Shown here one piece after another: positions 24,130 to 36,085 of a stretch of DNA of 64,000 bases. The notes under the pieces were generated by a model. It was not told the origin of the DNA and searched no databases. It was given only the letters and a program-made list of their open reading frames with translations. Both the position numbers and the translations under genes were made by a program. The DNA comes from Lama glama (Eukaryota). The stretch is from contig CM052817.1 of assembly GCA_028534125.1 (NCBI GenBank), positions 53,508,001 to 53,572,000 on the forward strand. The letters run 5' to 3'. The stretch's first letter is position 1, and each line of letters begins with the position of its first letter.

Positions 24130-24780
24130 ATAATTCCAATGAATCGCATTATTAATCAATTGGTATGGAGAAAGATGAGCTGATGAGGATTAACATTTCC
24201 TATGCCTCATCCTCACAGTCCTATGACATGCTTTTCTGTCCAACAGCTAAAATGAGATGCAGTCAGCTCTTCATTATGCATGGATGCATCTTCCCATCAG
24301 CTGTCGCTGCTGCTCTCCTTTGGGAACTGCTCTTTTGCTTATTTACGTATTAGTACCTACATTAGGTGCTTAGGGACGAAATTCAAAGTTACTCCATTAG
24401 CATCTCTAGCAAATGACTTCATCAAAAAGGAAACTGAATTATTAAATAAAGGTATTAATTCATGTGTCTGTGGATTTCAAATATGCATACCACCATCCTA
24501 GTTTCCATAGCAAGTTGAATTGAAACTATCAGATGAACAATCTGAGATGGAAGGAGAGGGGGACATGCTAATTAACAGGATAACAATATTTTGCTCAAGT
24601 GTTCGGGAAAGAATCACAAATACTGCAGCATGTGCTGTGGGAAGGAACTGCCCGAGCAAGGAAAGGACAGAAAAAATTTTAAATGTCGAGCTTTACATCG
24701 TCGAATTTACCAATAAACCCATAAATCCACAAAGCACACAATTCTGGGAGACATCTTTTAATAAACAATTCTAGGTCTTT
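24130..24780. promoter_or_regulatory. Candidate conserved non-coding element / enhancer
   Basis: No recognisable repeat; several retained CpGs; RFX X-box GTTTCCATAGCAAG (24501-24514), AACAAT x2, ATGCTAAT/TAATTA and CAGATG. Confidence 0.4.
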
Positions 24781-24930
24781 TTGATAATAAAGGCAAGTAG
24801 ACTGCTGAATAAGACTAAATAATTTCCACTTGCAATCATAATTGAACAATGATAAAAGTATACTGCAAATATAACTTCCTATTCTGCAGAAAATTTTTTA
24901 AAAATAAACTAATATTTGAAAATTGAACAA

Positions 24931-25085
24931 GTATAGTTAATAATACTGTAGTGTATATTTTAAAGTAAATCTTAAAAGTCCTCAATGCAAGAAAAAAATT
25001 ATTTTGTAGCTATGTTTGGTGACAAATGTTAACCAGACTTACTGTGTGATCATTTTTACAATACATACAAATATCAAAAAATAAA
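24931..25085 (+). mobile_element. L1MA-type 3' UTR fragment
   Basis: TATAGTTAATAATACTGTAGTGTATATTT...AGTAAATCTTAAAAGTCCTCA...GGTGACAAATGTTAACCAGACTTACTGTGTGATCATTTT. Confidence 0.8.
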
Positions 25086-25450
25086 GCAAAATACATGACA
25101 AATAGCATTTACTAATTTAAAAATTAAATAAGTAGAAGAGATGATGAAGGGTTCTATAAATGGTCAGATTACATACAATTTTACATGTTCTCTTTAAAAA
25201 CCACCTCTTAAAATGCTCTTTTCCCTCAAACCATTCTAATTTTAACTTGAAAGTTCATATGAAGAAATTGTCAGTGATACGAACAGAAGTATTTTTTGTG
25301 TGTTTGTAAGACTACACTCTATGAATCTATTATAGAGCACTTTTCAGGGAAGCATTCAGATAATCAAAGACAATCTTCGATTATATTTCTTTTTGCTAAT
25401 ATTAATCTACCATACTGGGCACTGGGAAGGAGAAGTGTGGGAAAAAATAG

Positions 25451-25490
25451 GTATGTAGGTAGGTAGGTAGATAGACAGACAGACAGACAG
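25451..25490. repeat. Compound (GTAG)n(ACAG)n tetranucleotide repeat
   Basis: GTATGTAGGTAGGTAGGTAGATAGACAGACAGACAGACAG. Confidence 0.85.
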
Positions 25491-25670
25491 GGATACTCCA
25501 ATCTAGTAAACTTAGTCTTATCCAATAACATAAAGAGTCACTTTGGATAACTTGGGGTTTTTTTTTTTCTTGATAAATTTTTCATCTTTGAAGTTTCCTT
25601 TCCATCTCTATATTACTACCAGATGGCATCTGCAGCATATACAGAAAGTAGGACCTTAAATATCTTTCTA

Positions 25671-26379
25671 TGTAGGGAGCGCATGCACCACATCTACATG
25701 GATGAGACGTTGTCCATTACTCTGGCTTCTCTGATTCCCATGATGATGCCTCTTGTCACCTGGACATTAGGTGTGGGGCTGGCTTTTAATGCTGAAATCT
25801 GAGGCTGGTTAACAAGAGGGACACGTGGTTGTCAGCACCCCTCACGCCCCTTGATTCAGTACTTGCCACAATTTGAGTCCTGGCTATAAGTTTTTTTTTT
25901 TTTTTTCTTCCCCAAGCCAAACTGGTCATCCCCGAAGGCCTCAAGAGCAGGATTACTCCCCACCTCTTAGTGATTCCCTTGGGCTGGCTACCCACTCAGA
26001 CGCAGTGATTGCCTCAACTCTCCTTGGGGTGGAGACGAATCTCCAAGTTCCTTCACACTTGGTGGAATCTAAGGGGGGCTTAGGAATCCTATGTCTGCCC
26101 AATAGCTGGCTGCCTCCAAGGCTCCAGCCTTTATCGGAAAACACTGAGAGCTGGTCTCTTCCCCACATGGGCCCAGAGCAGAAGGAGCATGACAAAAAAG
26201 TCTCACGGGGTGCTTCCTCTCTCTATCCAATTCTTCCCACAATTAGAAGGTTGAATATTGCTGGTTTTTTGCTCTGTCTTCCCCCCTGGCCAAGCCCTGC
26301 CCTTCCTTCTGGTGGTGGCACATACCTACACTTCTTCTGGGGGCATTATAGCCGGTGACAGGCAGAACTCTTTTCCACA
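25671..26379 (-). mobile_element. Possible ancient solo LTR (Gypsy-type, LTR88/LTR81-like)
   Basis: GC-richer island bounded by TG...CA; ATTAAA on the minus strand lies ~115 nt from the CA terminus. No convincing TSD; family assignment is tentative. Confidence 0.35.
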
Positions 26380-27873
26380 GTCCAACTTCCTAAGAAAGTA
26401 AATTACACTTAAAAAAATACTTTCAAAGTATTGAACTACTCATATTTTATCACCCATACATAAATTGTATCTTTTCAAAGAATTCTCTGGATGTATTATC
26501 ATTCCTTTTTCAGCTCTCTCTCTCTCTCGCCTCTCAAATATCAGGCCAAAATCACTGTTAAAAGTTGGAGTAGATACACAGAACTAACAAAACCTTTTAT
26601 TAATAATAAAATCTTTTATTAATTACACCTTTTTCCTTACCTAATAACCTAACACTCACCACTACAAGAATCCTGAAATAAATTTAACTGGAATGCCATG
26701 TAGTACAAGGTATACTAAATGAAAATACAACATCCTATAGGAACAGAACACTATTACAGACATTACATCCCATTTGATTCTCATGCAAAATTATCTTGGA
26801 GGTTGATGCTTTTTTTTCCCTGTTTTCACTGATGATCAAATCAGATCAAGTTTTAGTTCATTTAAAAAAAAACTATCAAGTGGTAGGTAAAGAGCTACTG
26901 TACCATTTTGTGATGTTTTCTGCCACATGATTTGGGAGATATGAAGAGGACAGTTATAAACATACAGTGATTTTTGAGATTAACATTTAATGAATGACAA
27001 GTGCAAGTAAGAACTCTAGTAGTATTTCTGCTTAGATGCTTGCTAGGCACATTTGTATCTCGTCCTTCCAGTTACACAGTGGACTAATCCAGCTCTAGAA
27101 GTGTACAGACTTGGAGGAAAAGAACTCTAAAATTAAGTAATTTCTATCAAGATACCAGGAGAATGAAATAAGATTTGTCAATATAGAATAATTTCTTTCT
27201 ATTCTTAAACTGTTTTGTTAAGATTACATGGCATTTTCAATGTAAAGACAAGAAACATGGAATTCAGCACTACCTACATCCCACCTCCCACCCTCTGTGA
27301 ATACTGTTTTACTTAATAGAAGCTGAGAGGTAGGAACAAGTGGACCTTTAGGGATGCAGAGGATCTTAAAACCCTACCAAGCACCAATACTTGTCATTCT
27401 ACAACATTCCTAACAATGTCCAGCAAAATTCTAGAGTGCATTTAGTCAATCCAACCACAGAAAAATCTACCTTCAGTTTTTAATTGATTTCTTTAATGAT
27501 TCCAGAGAAGTAACTCATCAATGCCTGTTCTATTTGATAACACAATCAAAATACTCTGTGAACTGGACCATCCTATTGGCCAACTGTTCTGGATAAGCAT
27601 GAATCTACTCTATCTAAAAATACTTAAATGTTTGACACTATGTAAAAAATTGGTGATGCTTGATTTTTCTATGTCAATATGTTTGACATAGCCTGTACAT
27701 GTCTAATTGAGCTATCTCAAAAATAAAGGCACAAATTGATAGCTACTATGGCATAAAAATCCTGAGTTACATGTCATGCATCTTTTAAGGTCATAATCAA
27801 TTTGTTTAAAAAGAAAAATAAATTCAGATACATGACAGTTTCACAGTTGATTAAAGAAATGTTTTGATTTTAA

Positions 27874-28500
27874 TTCTTCATTCAACCAAATATACTGAGC
27901 ACTTACTATGTCCCAAAGAATTCAGTGGCAAACAACCAACTTACTCACTACTCTCATGCCGTTTATAATGTGATGCAAATCACAGATAACAACAAGCAAA
28001 CAAATAAATAATCTCACATGACGATAAATCATATGAAGAAAGTAAAACTAGTTGATGAAGTAGAGAATGGTAGAATGGGCCCATGATGGGCCAGGGGTAA
28101 AAAGTCTAATTTAACTTATGATGTCAGAGAAATTCTAATTGAAAAGGGAAGATGTGTGCTAAGACCTATGCGTCTAAGGAAGCAGCCATGAAATCCGGGA
28201 CCAGAGCATATCAGGCTGGAGAAATGGTACTCCCAGCAGGAATGAACCTAGCATATTCCAAGAACTAAAAATAAGACAATGTGTTTAAGGAACAGGAATT
28301 GCAGGGTTGAGTAGAAGAAAATGTGTCAGTGAATTGGGCAGTAGCCAAAACATATAGATCCTGTAGGCTATGGTCAAGGAGATTAAATTCTATTCTAAAG
28401 GCATTAAAGGGCAATTGGATAGTTTTAAGTAGGGGATTGTCATAATCTTATTTAAGCTTTTAAAATATGGCTGCTCTACAGAGAATGGATTGAAAGAGAC
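27874..28500 (-). mobile_element. L2 (L2a-like) 3' portion
   Basis: TTCATTCAACCAAATATACTGAGCACTTACTATGTCCCA...CTGTAGGCTATGGTCAAGGAG...ATGGCTGCTCTACAGAGAATGGATTG. Confidence 0.85.
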
Positions 28501-29729
28501 CCATTTTAGCCATAAATTTTAAAAGAATAACTAGGGTAACAAAATTTCCTGTAACTGGTATGTTGGAATACCTGATTCATGAGATGAGATCAACACACAG
28601 ATTTATTTCTCTCTCTGACCCTTTAAAACTCATTCACTGGGGTAATCTCCCTCCATGGATGCACATTTAGTCAGATTCCATGAATTTCTGCTTCATCTTA
28701 GTCAATAAGCAATTCTCTCTCATTGCAATATGACTCAGCTATGACTCAAATCCATTCACAATTAGAACTGTTCAACACTTTCTGAACTAAGATTTATAAC
28801 AGACCCTGCCTGCCTTTGACGAAAGGGGTGAGGTCAGCATCTCCTTTCTCTCCCTGCTCTACTGCTCCACCTCTTCCTAACCACTGCTCTGGACCTTGGT
28901 TAAAGTTGAAGGAAGCATGGAAGGGAGGATGGTGGGAGGCTAAAGGGGAGGGGAAGAAAAGGTAAAGGATGGAAAAGGCAATTCTTACTTCATCCTCATC
29001 ACATGTATGAGTGGCTTTATGCTCTCTCGGCTTGGTGGATGTTTAAAGCTAATGCCTTCTCTTGTGGGGTTTTTAGGTCCTCAGAGAGTCCCATGTTTAG
29101 GGGCTCTTCTCCTGCCAATTCTGTGACCTGGGTGCGGGTGTCCCTACTCTATTTCTGGACGACTGTTTGTGGCTCCTTCTTGAGCCCCTAGGAACATGTT
29201 TTCGCCTCCAGCAATGAAAGTTTCTGAGAATGTAAGTCATTCCCACAGCTACCATTTTTATCCTGGTGCCCAGGAGGCTGGATTTCCCAGGCTGAGTCAG
29301 CTCCAGATTTATATAGTCTCTAAGACTCAGACTGGTCTTATTTGTGTCCACTCTCTAGGTTTGAAAGGGGTGTATGAAGTGAGAGGACAGGTGGCCAGTA
29401 GAGCAACAAATTTCCCCAAAGAAAACTTCACCAAGTCTTCTTGCTTCCGTACAATAGGACCCTTTTGGTATCCTTAATATGGCCAACAGATCCAAAGATG
29501 TCCATTTCTTTTTGTAAATTCTGTGTACGACCATTTATGTCACATATACTTAGGAGTCTGATGTGCATCATTATTGACATTTCATTTAAAATAAAGCAGG
29601 AAGGATGCTTTTATTACATACCCAACTTTTTCTAAGAAACTTACTTTCAATAACATTTTGTTTGACTGTTATGAACTTTGTCATGTTCTGCTTCCAGTAT
29701 TTCATCAGGAAACATAAATATGTTCACAT

Positions 29730-30172
29730 TTTGGGCAAAGGATGCAGCTGTGGAAAAAAAGGCAGGCAAGTTCCTTATTCTAATAAAGCATACTTCTTAG
29801 CAGGGAAAACAGACTCGATTTGAGTAAATAAATAAATACGCAGAATAATTTAAGATTACTTACAGGCCCTGATAGAAATAAACAATGTACTGTGATAGAG
29901 AAAAATAGACCACAGATGAGAATGGGTAGTGGTGACTCCCACTGCAGTGGGATGGCCAAAGACAGATTCCCTTAGGAGGTAAAAATAGAAGTTAAGACTT
30001 GAAGGATGAGGAAATGCAGGTCATGGGAGAAGCAGGAAATTAGTTTGCCAGGTCCAGTGGAACAGGAAATAGGAAGACCTCAAGACAAGAAAAGTCTTGA
30101 AGAGATCAGGGAACTAGAAGGCCAATGTTTCCAAAACAAAATAGCAAGGAGAGTAGTTCAGGATGAGATAGG
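29730..30172 (-). mobile_element. L2 fragment
   Basis: GGATGCAGCTGTGGAAAAAAAGGCAGGCAAGTTCCTT...GAAGTTAAGACTTGAAGGATGAGG...AGAAGGCCAATGT. Confidence 0.75.
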
Positions 30173-31116
30173 ATTCTAGACACTTTGCCAGTACAAATTA
30201 TTTGGAAGGTATGTAACATCCCTTTAAGAGATCTAGATCAACAGTGTGTCTCCTATGATATTCACATTAATACATATAAAATACATTAATTTCAATAGGA
30301 GAGCTAATTAGTGTCTAGCTTGATTTGTTAATGATCATTTAAATTAAGCGTTAAAAGAAATAGATCCCCTTTTAGGAATATGATTCAATTCTTTGCTGAA
30401 CAAAGAAACTCTAAAAACCCTCAGGGTGTAGAACTCTTTCTCTAATGCAGTGTGCTGGAGGAAGACAGCCCACTGTGCTCAGAGTGAGTTTAACTGCCAA
30501 AACTATGAAACAAAAAACTTTGCAATTTGCTGAAGCAAAGATACTGCTATGAGAATTTCAGATGGAAAAACTGCATAGCTCACTGTCTAAAGCAGTTAAA
30601 AACAGACTTCCAAAGACTCTGCACATTATTCAAACAAATAGTCACATACAATGCTTATAAAGTAAAATCTATCTGGGAGAATTAGATTTTTAAAGACAAC
30701 ACCTCAAACTAAGAAAGATCCCAATGCATATTAAGTTTCACTGTAATTGAATCCCAGCTTAAGTTTGCAAATATTTTGGAACTGAGCCTAGAGCAAGATC
30801 CACATGAGCCCCAAGGTGGAGATTCACACATCTCCTTAAATTTCTCTCTGACTAGAGCAACTGCTCTTCTGGGCCAAATTTCTGGACAAGAGGAAGTCAT
30901 CTTGAGCATCAATGCACCTCTTTTTCACTCAGGCAAAATTATTCACTTCCTAAGCTCAGCTCTCTTGACATTTGTAAGTATCTGTTACTTTGCTTCTCCT
31001 ATTGCAGTCTAGATAGTTAACCTTGTTTCTGTCCCTCACCTCCACTTTCTTCATTTTCCATCTCTACCACAAGGTTATGTACTCATATTTTTAGGCTTTT
31101 TGTATTTGAAACTCAG

Positions 31117-31654
31117 TGTGATGGTTAAATGTCTGTGTCAACTTGACTAGGCTACAGCGCCCAGATGTTTGGTCAAATGTCAGTCTTGATGCTGCTGTGA
31201 AGGTAATTTTTTAGATATGATTACCATTTAAATCAGTAGACTTTGACTAAAGCAGATTACCTTCCATAATCTGTGTGAGTCTCATCCAATCAGTTGAAAG
31301 CCTTAGGAAAAAAAAGACTGCGGTCCTTCAAACAGGAAGGAAGCCTGAGTCCAGCCTGTCTTCAGACTGGAGCTGAAACATCAACTCTTCTCTGGGTCTC
31401 CAGCGTGCCAGGATGCCAAAAATATTTCAGACTTGCTAGAATTCACAATTGCATGAGACACTTCCTTAAAATCTCTCTTGATAGAAAGATGGATGGGTAG
31501 ATGAGTGGATGGATGGATGGATAGATATAGATAGAGACAGAGACAGCTACAGATAGATATAGATATAGACACAGATATGCATGTAAACACATAAATGTGT
31601 GTGTGTGTGTGTCCTATTTGGTTCTGTTTTTCTGGAGAATTCTTGGTTAATACA
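31117..31654 (+). mobile_element. ERVL solo LTR (MLT2C/MLT2D-like)
   Basis: TGTGATGGTTAAATGTCTGTGTCAACTTGACTAGGCTA...AAAGCAGATTACCTTCCATAAT...CTCATCCAATCAGTTGAAAGCC...CCTATTTGGTTCTGTTTTTCTGGAGAATTCTTGGTTAATACA. Confidence 0.92.
31480..31612. repeat. Compound microsatellite (GATG/GATATA/GACAGA/TG) inside the MLT2 LTR
   Basis: GATGGATGG...GATAGATATAGATAGAGACAGAGACAG...TGTGTGTGTGTGTGTG. Confidence 0.85.
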
Positions 31655-32999
31655 TACATTGAACTTTGATCTAATGAATAAATAAATGAGTGAATGAGTA
31701 AGTCAGGAAGTCAGTCATCAATCTAATAAGATACAGAGAATGTGAGTTGAAAGCAGTTAATAATAAAGGGGGATTTCCCATGTAAACAATTGTAATTTCA
31801 CATTTCTCCAAACTCCATTTGCAATTTCAGATTTCTCCAAACCAAAAAACTTTACAAACTGTTATTTGCTGGGCCTAAAAATTAAACTCTGATTTTTGTG
31901 CTTTGTTTTTCAATTGAGCTCCATGGAGCCCCAGATTCCTTTGTGGTGTTTGTGTTGGGGAGAGGTGGGAGGATTTAGGAGAGACGGGGTTTCATCATCA
32001 GAGGAACCAAGCCAAGGAGCAGGTCTCAGCTGGTTGGGAAGAGGCCAGTATGAACAGCATAATCCTCTGACAGCCCCCAGGTTTTACTTTTACACACTTC
32101 CTCTACTTTTATAGTTTTAATAACTATCCTGTCAACATATTACTTTTGAAAGTGCTGATATGTGGCACTTTGGGGAAAGGTGCTCTGGAGAACAGCAAAT
32201 CAGTTCTACTTTTACCTGTCATTCAGATTGGATGTGACTGGGATAAACTTTTGCTGTATCTATGTTTTACTATATTTCCTCTTTCCTCTGTCCCCTTAGG
32301 GTCATAGTACTCAGTAAAAGTGTTGGAGCAGGTGGCAGTAGTGACAGAAGCCCCAGTATTTCTAGGTAGTGTTCTCAACTGAGCCAGCTTGAGACCTATC
32401 TGAAGATAGATACTTTTATTTCAGAGAATTATTTATCACTTAAAATCATCCTAACTAGAAGAAAATCTAGTTCAAAATGATAATCTGTTTATATATGCAT
32501 TTGTTCCCTAATTTGTTTGAGTTGATCTTAGCAAGCAGCACCTTGTTAACTCATTAATTATATATACATTTTACATTTAATTTGAAAAATAATGTGAGGA
32601 TGGATGCATTCCACCATAGATTGGGAAACAATTATATGTAAGTTAAACATATTTTTGCCTTGTAATTCACAATAGCAGCATACATGTTTAAATTTTTATA
32701 ACTCAAATAGTCGATGGTAATGGCCAGTTCATGATAGAATTATTTATTAACTTCTTATTTTCTGAGTGAAATTTTTAAAATAAAAGATATAAAGTTAGGG
32801 ACCCAAAACCATTTGTAATAATGGTGATGGTTTTTTAAAAATTTTTGTTTTAATATTCTTAATTATTTACTTTTATAACAATGATCTTTTATAACCACAT
32901 TTCCCATATTAAATTTTTATTTAATATTTACAATAGTAGAAATCCATTCTCCATAAACATTTAAGCTATGCATAATGCAGGTAGCTGCTCTAGAATTCC

Positions 33000-33860
33000 T
33001 AACTTTAAATCTCCTCTCCACCTACTTTCTAAAAAATATAAACAGGTTGATGTATTTCCTTCCATAACACTAATACATACACACATACTTAAGACATTTT
33101 CTTTCTGTAATCCTACTTTTCAATTATTCTCAAATTGTTTGCTTTTTCAAATTTACAGTGTAGCAGGTCAATACATACAGAGCTACCTCTATTTTGGTAG
33201 GAGGTTCACAATATTATGCAATATCTTTACATGACACTAATGATTCCTGTCTTGGTAAGCACTGATAGACGTCCAATTATTTGCCAGTATCTTTTCCGGA
33301 AACCAGTGTTGCAATATATTTCTATATATCTATTTATCACCATATATGTGTATATATGTATATATATGTTTATGTGTATAGGTATACATATACATCTTTC
33401 TCTCTCTTAATCTAACATGTATCCATATATGTTCTTACTTCTATGTGATAGTTCTCCAAAAGTAGAGTTTCTAGGGAAAATGGTAGGTGTTAGCTCTTTT
33501 TTTTTTTTTTAATGTTAAAGGTAGAGGCTATATATATTTCAGTGCTATTAGCAATGTGTGAGTGTCAATTATTCAGTCACCAGAATCAGAGGCTGTAGTT
33601 TTGTTTTGTTTTTCAAAATGACGTGTAAAATAAAATAAAATAAATCTCATTAATACAGGCATTAATCAAAAATATTTTACATTCCTGTCACATCCTTTTT
33701 GGCTATTAGGTTGCCCACTAATTTAAATTGATTACTGAAATATTTTGCCAGTTTAGGAAGGGACTGGCCTTTTTCTTATCACTTTGAGATATTCTCTGTA
33801 CTAGGGATATGAATCCTCTAGTTGTCATATACATTTAAAATATTTATTCTGTTTCTTGTT
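33000..33860 (-). mobile_element. Old L1ME 3' fragments
   Basis: GTCAATACATACAGAGCTACCTC, AAAAGTAGAGTTTCTAGG, AGCAATGTGTGAGTGTC, GGATATGAATCCTCTAGTTGTCATATACATT. Confidence 0.55.
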
Positions 33861-34829
33861 ATATAACACTTTGTGGTTTCTGATACCAAAATAAAATAAC
33901 ATTTGAAAAATGATAAAATTAGTTCTAAATAGCTAATGATTTCTACCTTCCCTAAACTGCTTTTGATTTTTCTATATTGATTCCTGTCACTCACCAGTCA
34001 TACAAATTTCCCTCTAAAACTCCTAGAGCTTGATAAAGATATTTATTAAATATATTTAAACCTTTAGTTCAATGAATGCAAAACACCTGACTTTAAAATT
34101 ATAAATTTTAATGTTAACTCATTGTATTGTCAATAAAAAGTATTAAATTGATTAAAAATTTTAAAAATGATAATCTATTTTGACTCTAGAGCTAACTCTA
34201 ACTTAAAGTTTCAATGATAGATTACAGATCAGACTTTAGTATTCCATATTTGAAAATAACACTTACTGCATTATTTACTAGCAGGGAATAAGAACATGTG
34301 GGATGTTAAGGTATTCCTTATGCTTGAAAGTCTGAAGTATTGGTAAGTGAGCTACAAGTAAAGAAGAGCATTATGTTTAAAGCTGTTTTGGAAATCAGAG
34401 CAAATAGACATGAAAATAGATACAATCTTCCCATCATTCAGTGTTAAGGAAAATACCACCTATTACCGGCCTTTTCCTTCTGGAGCTACATTACAGAGCA
34501 GGAAACACTCAATCTTTTGAATCACCCTTTTTTCAGAGAAGCTTATCAACTCCTCCCTATCACAGATACTTCTGACCCCTGTGTTCTTCCAAGATTTCTT
34601 TTTTTATGCACTATCTCCTGCATTTGTTTTTGGCTTTTTTAGCAGCTTAATATGGCTCAACCTACTTCACTTTCTGCTATCTCTGGTCCATTCTCAAATA
34701 CTGTTCAACTTCTATAGGAAGGTAAATTTGAAAACAGCCAGGCTCACCACATCACCCAATTTTCCCATTCAATGCAGAGAAAATTGTGGAAGTTAAGAAA
34801 ATGGTAGCTATTGTATAATTTTAAAGTGG

Positions 34830-35425
34830 ATAGAAAAAAGGATTTTTAATCCAATGTTCTGAAGCCATAAAAGAAAATAGTAAGAATTTTAACTACAGAG
34901 AAACTAAGAACATATGCCTATTAAAGACACACATAAAGAATAAGTAAAAAATAAATGACAACTCAAAAAAATACTATTTGCATATATATGATGAGAAAGA
35001 ATAAATTTCTTTAATATAAAAGAAGCCTTTACAAACAAATTTTTCAAGAGAAAAATATGTTATAGGATATAAATATGAAATTTACAGAAAAATAGAATGA
35101 TAAATGTATGGTATTTTGCTCAATCCTATGAAAATAAAATGAATAATCAACTTTTCAGATGTCACAGTAGAAAAAATCATCTCATACATTGTTGTGAATA
35201 TAAATTAGTGAAAATTCTAGACACACCTTGGAAATATCTATTAAATTTTTAATGTGGAAAAATATTTGGCTCAGCAATTGCAATTTTAGAAAATTAGCCT
35301 AGAGATAAAAATCACACAAATACACAAAAATATAGCTACAAATATGTTTATTATCAACTTACTATAAAACATAGAAATCTAGAACCAACCTAATTGTCAA
35401 CTGATAGGTTAAATAATGATTCATT
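34830..35425 (+). mobile_element. Old L1ME ORF2 C-terminus / 3' fragment
   Basis: GAAGCCATAAAAGAAAATAG, CTCATACATTGTTGTGAATATAAATTAGT, TTTGGCTCAGCAATTGCAATTTTAGAAAATTAGCCTAGAGA, AGAACCAACCTAATTGTC. Confidence 0.7.
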
Positions 35426-35889
35426 GAGGTCTTTCAAGGAATCTAGTAATAAGATTCCTCACCCTTTTCCACACTTTAGTCCTGAAAAGATTGATATGTC
35501 AGTGCAATATTATTATCATTAACATCAATAAGGAATAAATTAGGCTATATGCCCTATCTTGAGAGTAACATATTCAGTCCAACAGTGAATCCCAGAGTTA
35601 GACGTATCAGTCAACTATTTGATAACTAGTCTCAGGCAAACTTCTCCCTGACAGCTTAAGAGATATACTATGAAGACTTAGAGCAAGAAGAAATAGAAAA
35701 TGACTCCACATTCTCGGAAGCCTGCTGGGTTTTTCCCAGTTTTACCTATCAGATAGATCTTCTGTTGGGGAGAGCTAGGCAGGGGAGGGAGGAAAGCAGA
35801 AGGAAAGAGACTGGAAAGTAGTCATGATTTTAGGGAAAATCATCAAAATCAAAATTGTGGAATTTTCCTGAATATTAAGCTTTTTTTTA

Positions 35890-36085
35890 AAGAGCTCATA
35901 TTTATTGACAGTAAATATAATTTGTTAAAAGAAAAAAAGCAATTTACTTAATAAAATGGCACATTTTGGGCTTTAGAAAAAATTAAGAAGAAATAAAGAA
36001 ATGTAAAAGTTTCTGCATACGTAGAGACATAAACATCTAGAAAGACATATGCAGAAATGTAACATAAGCTATTTGTAGGGAGAGA
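35890..36085 (+). mobile_element. L1ME 3' UTR fragment, probable continuation of 34830-35425
   Basis: TTGTTAAAAGAAAAAAAGCAATTTAC...CTAGAAAGACATATGCAGAAATGTAACA. Confidence 0.45.

Noticed and set aside
25873..26358. 161-aa ORF, the longest in the track
   Set aside because: Non-ATG start, runs through a T16 homopolymer, no recognisable domain; expected by chance in GC-richer sequence.
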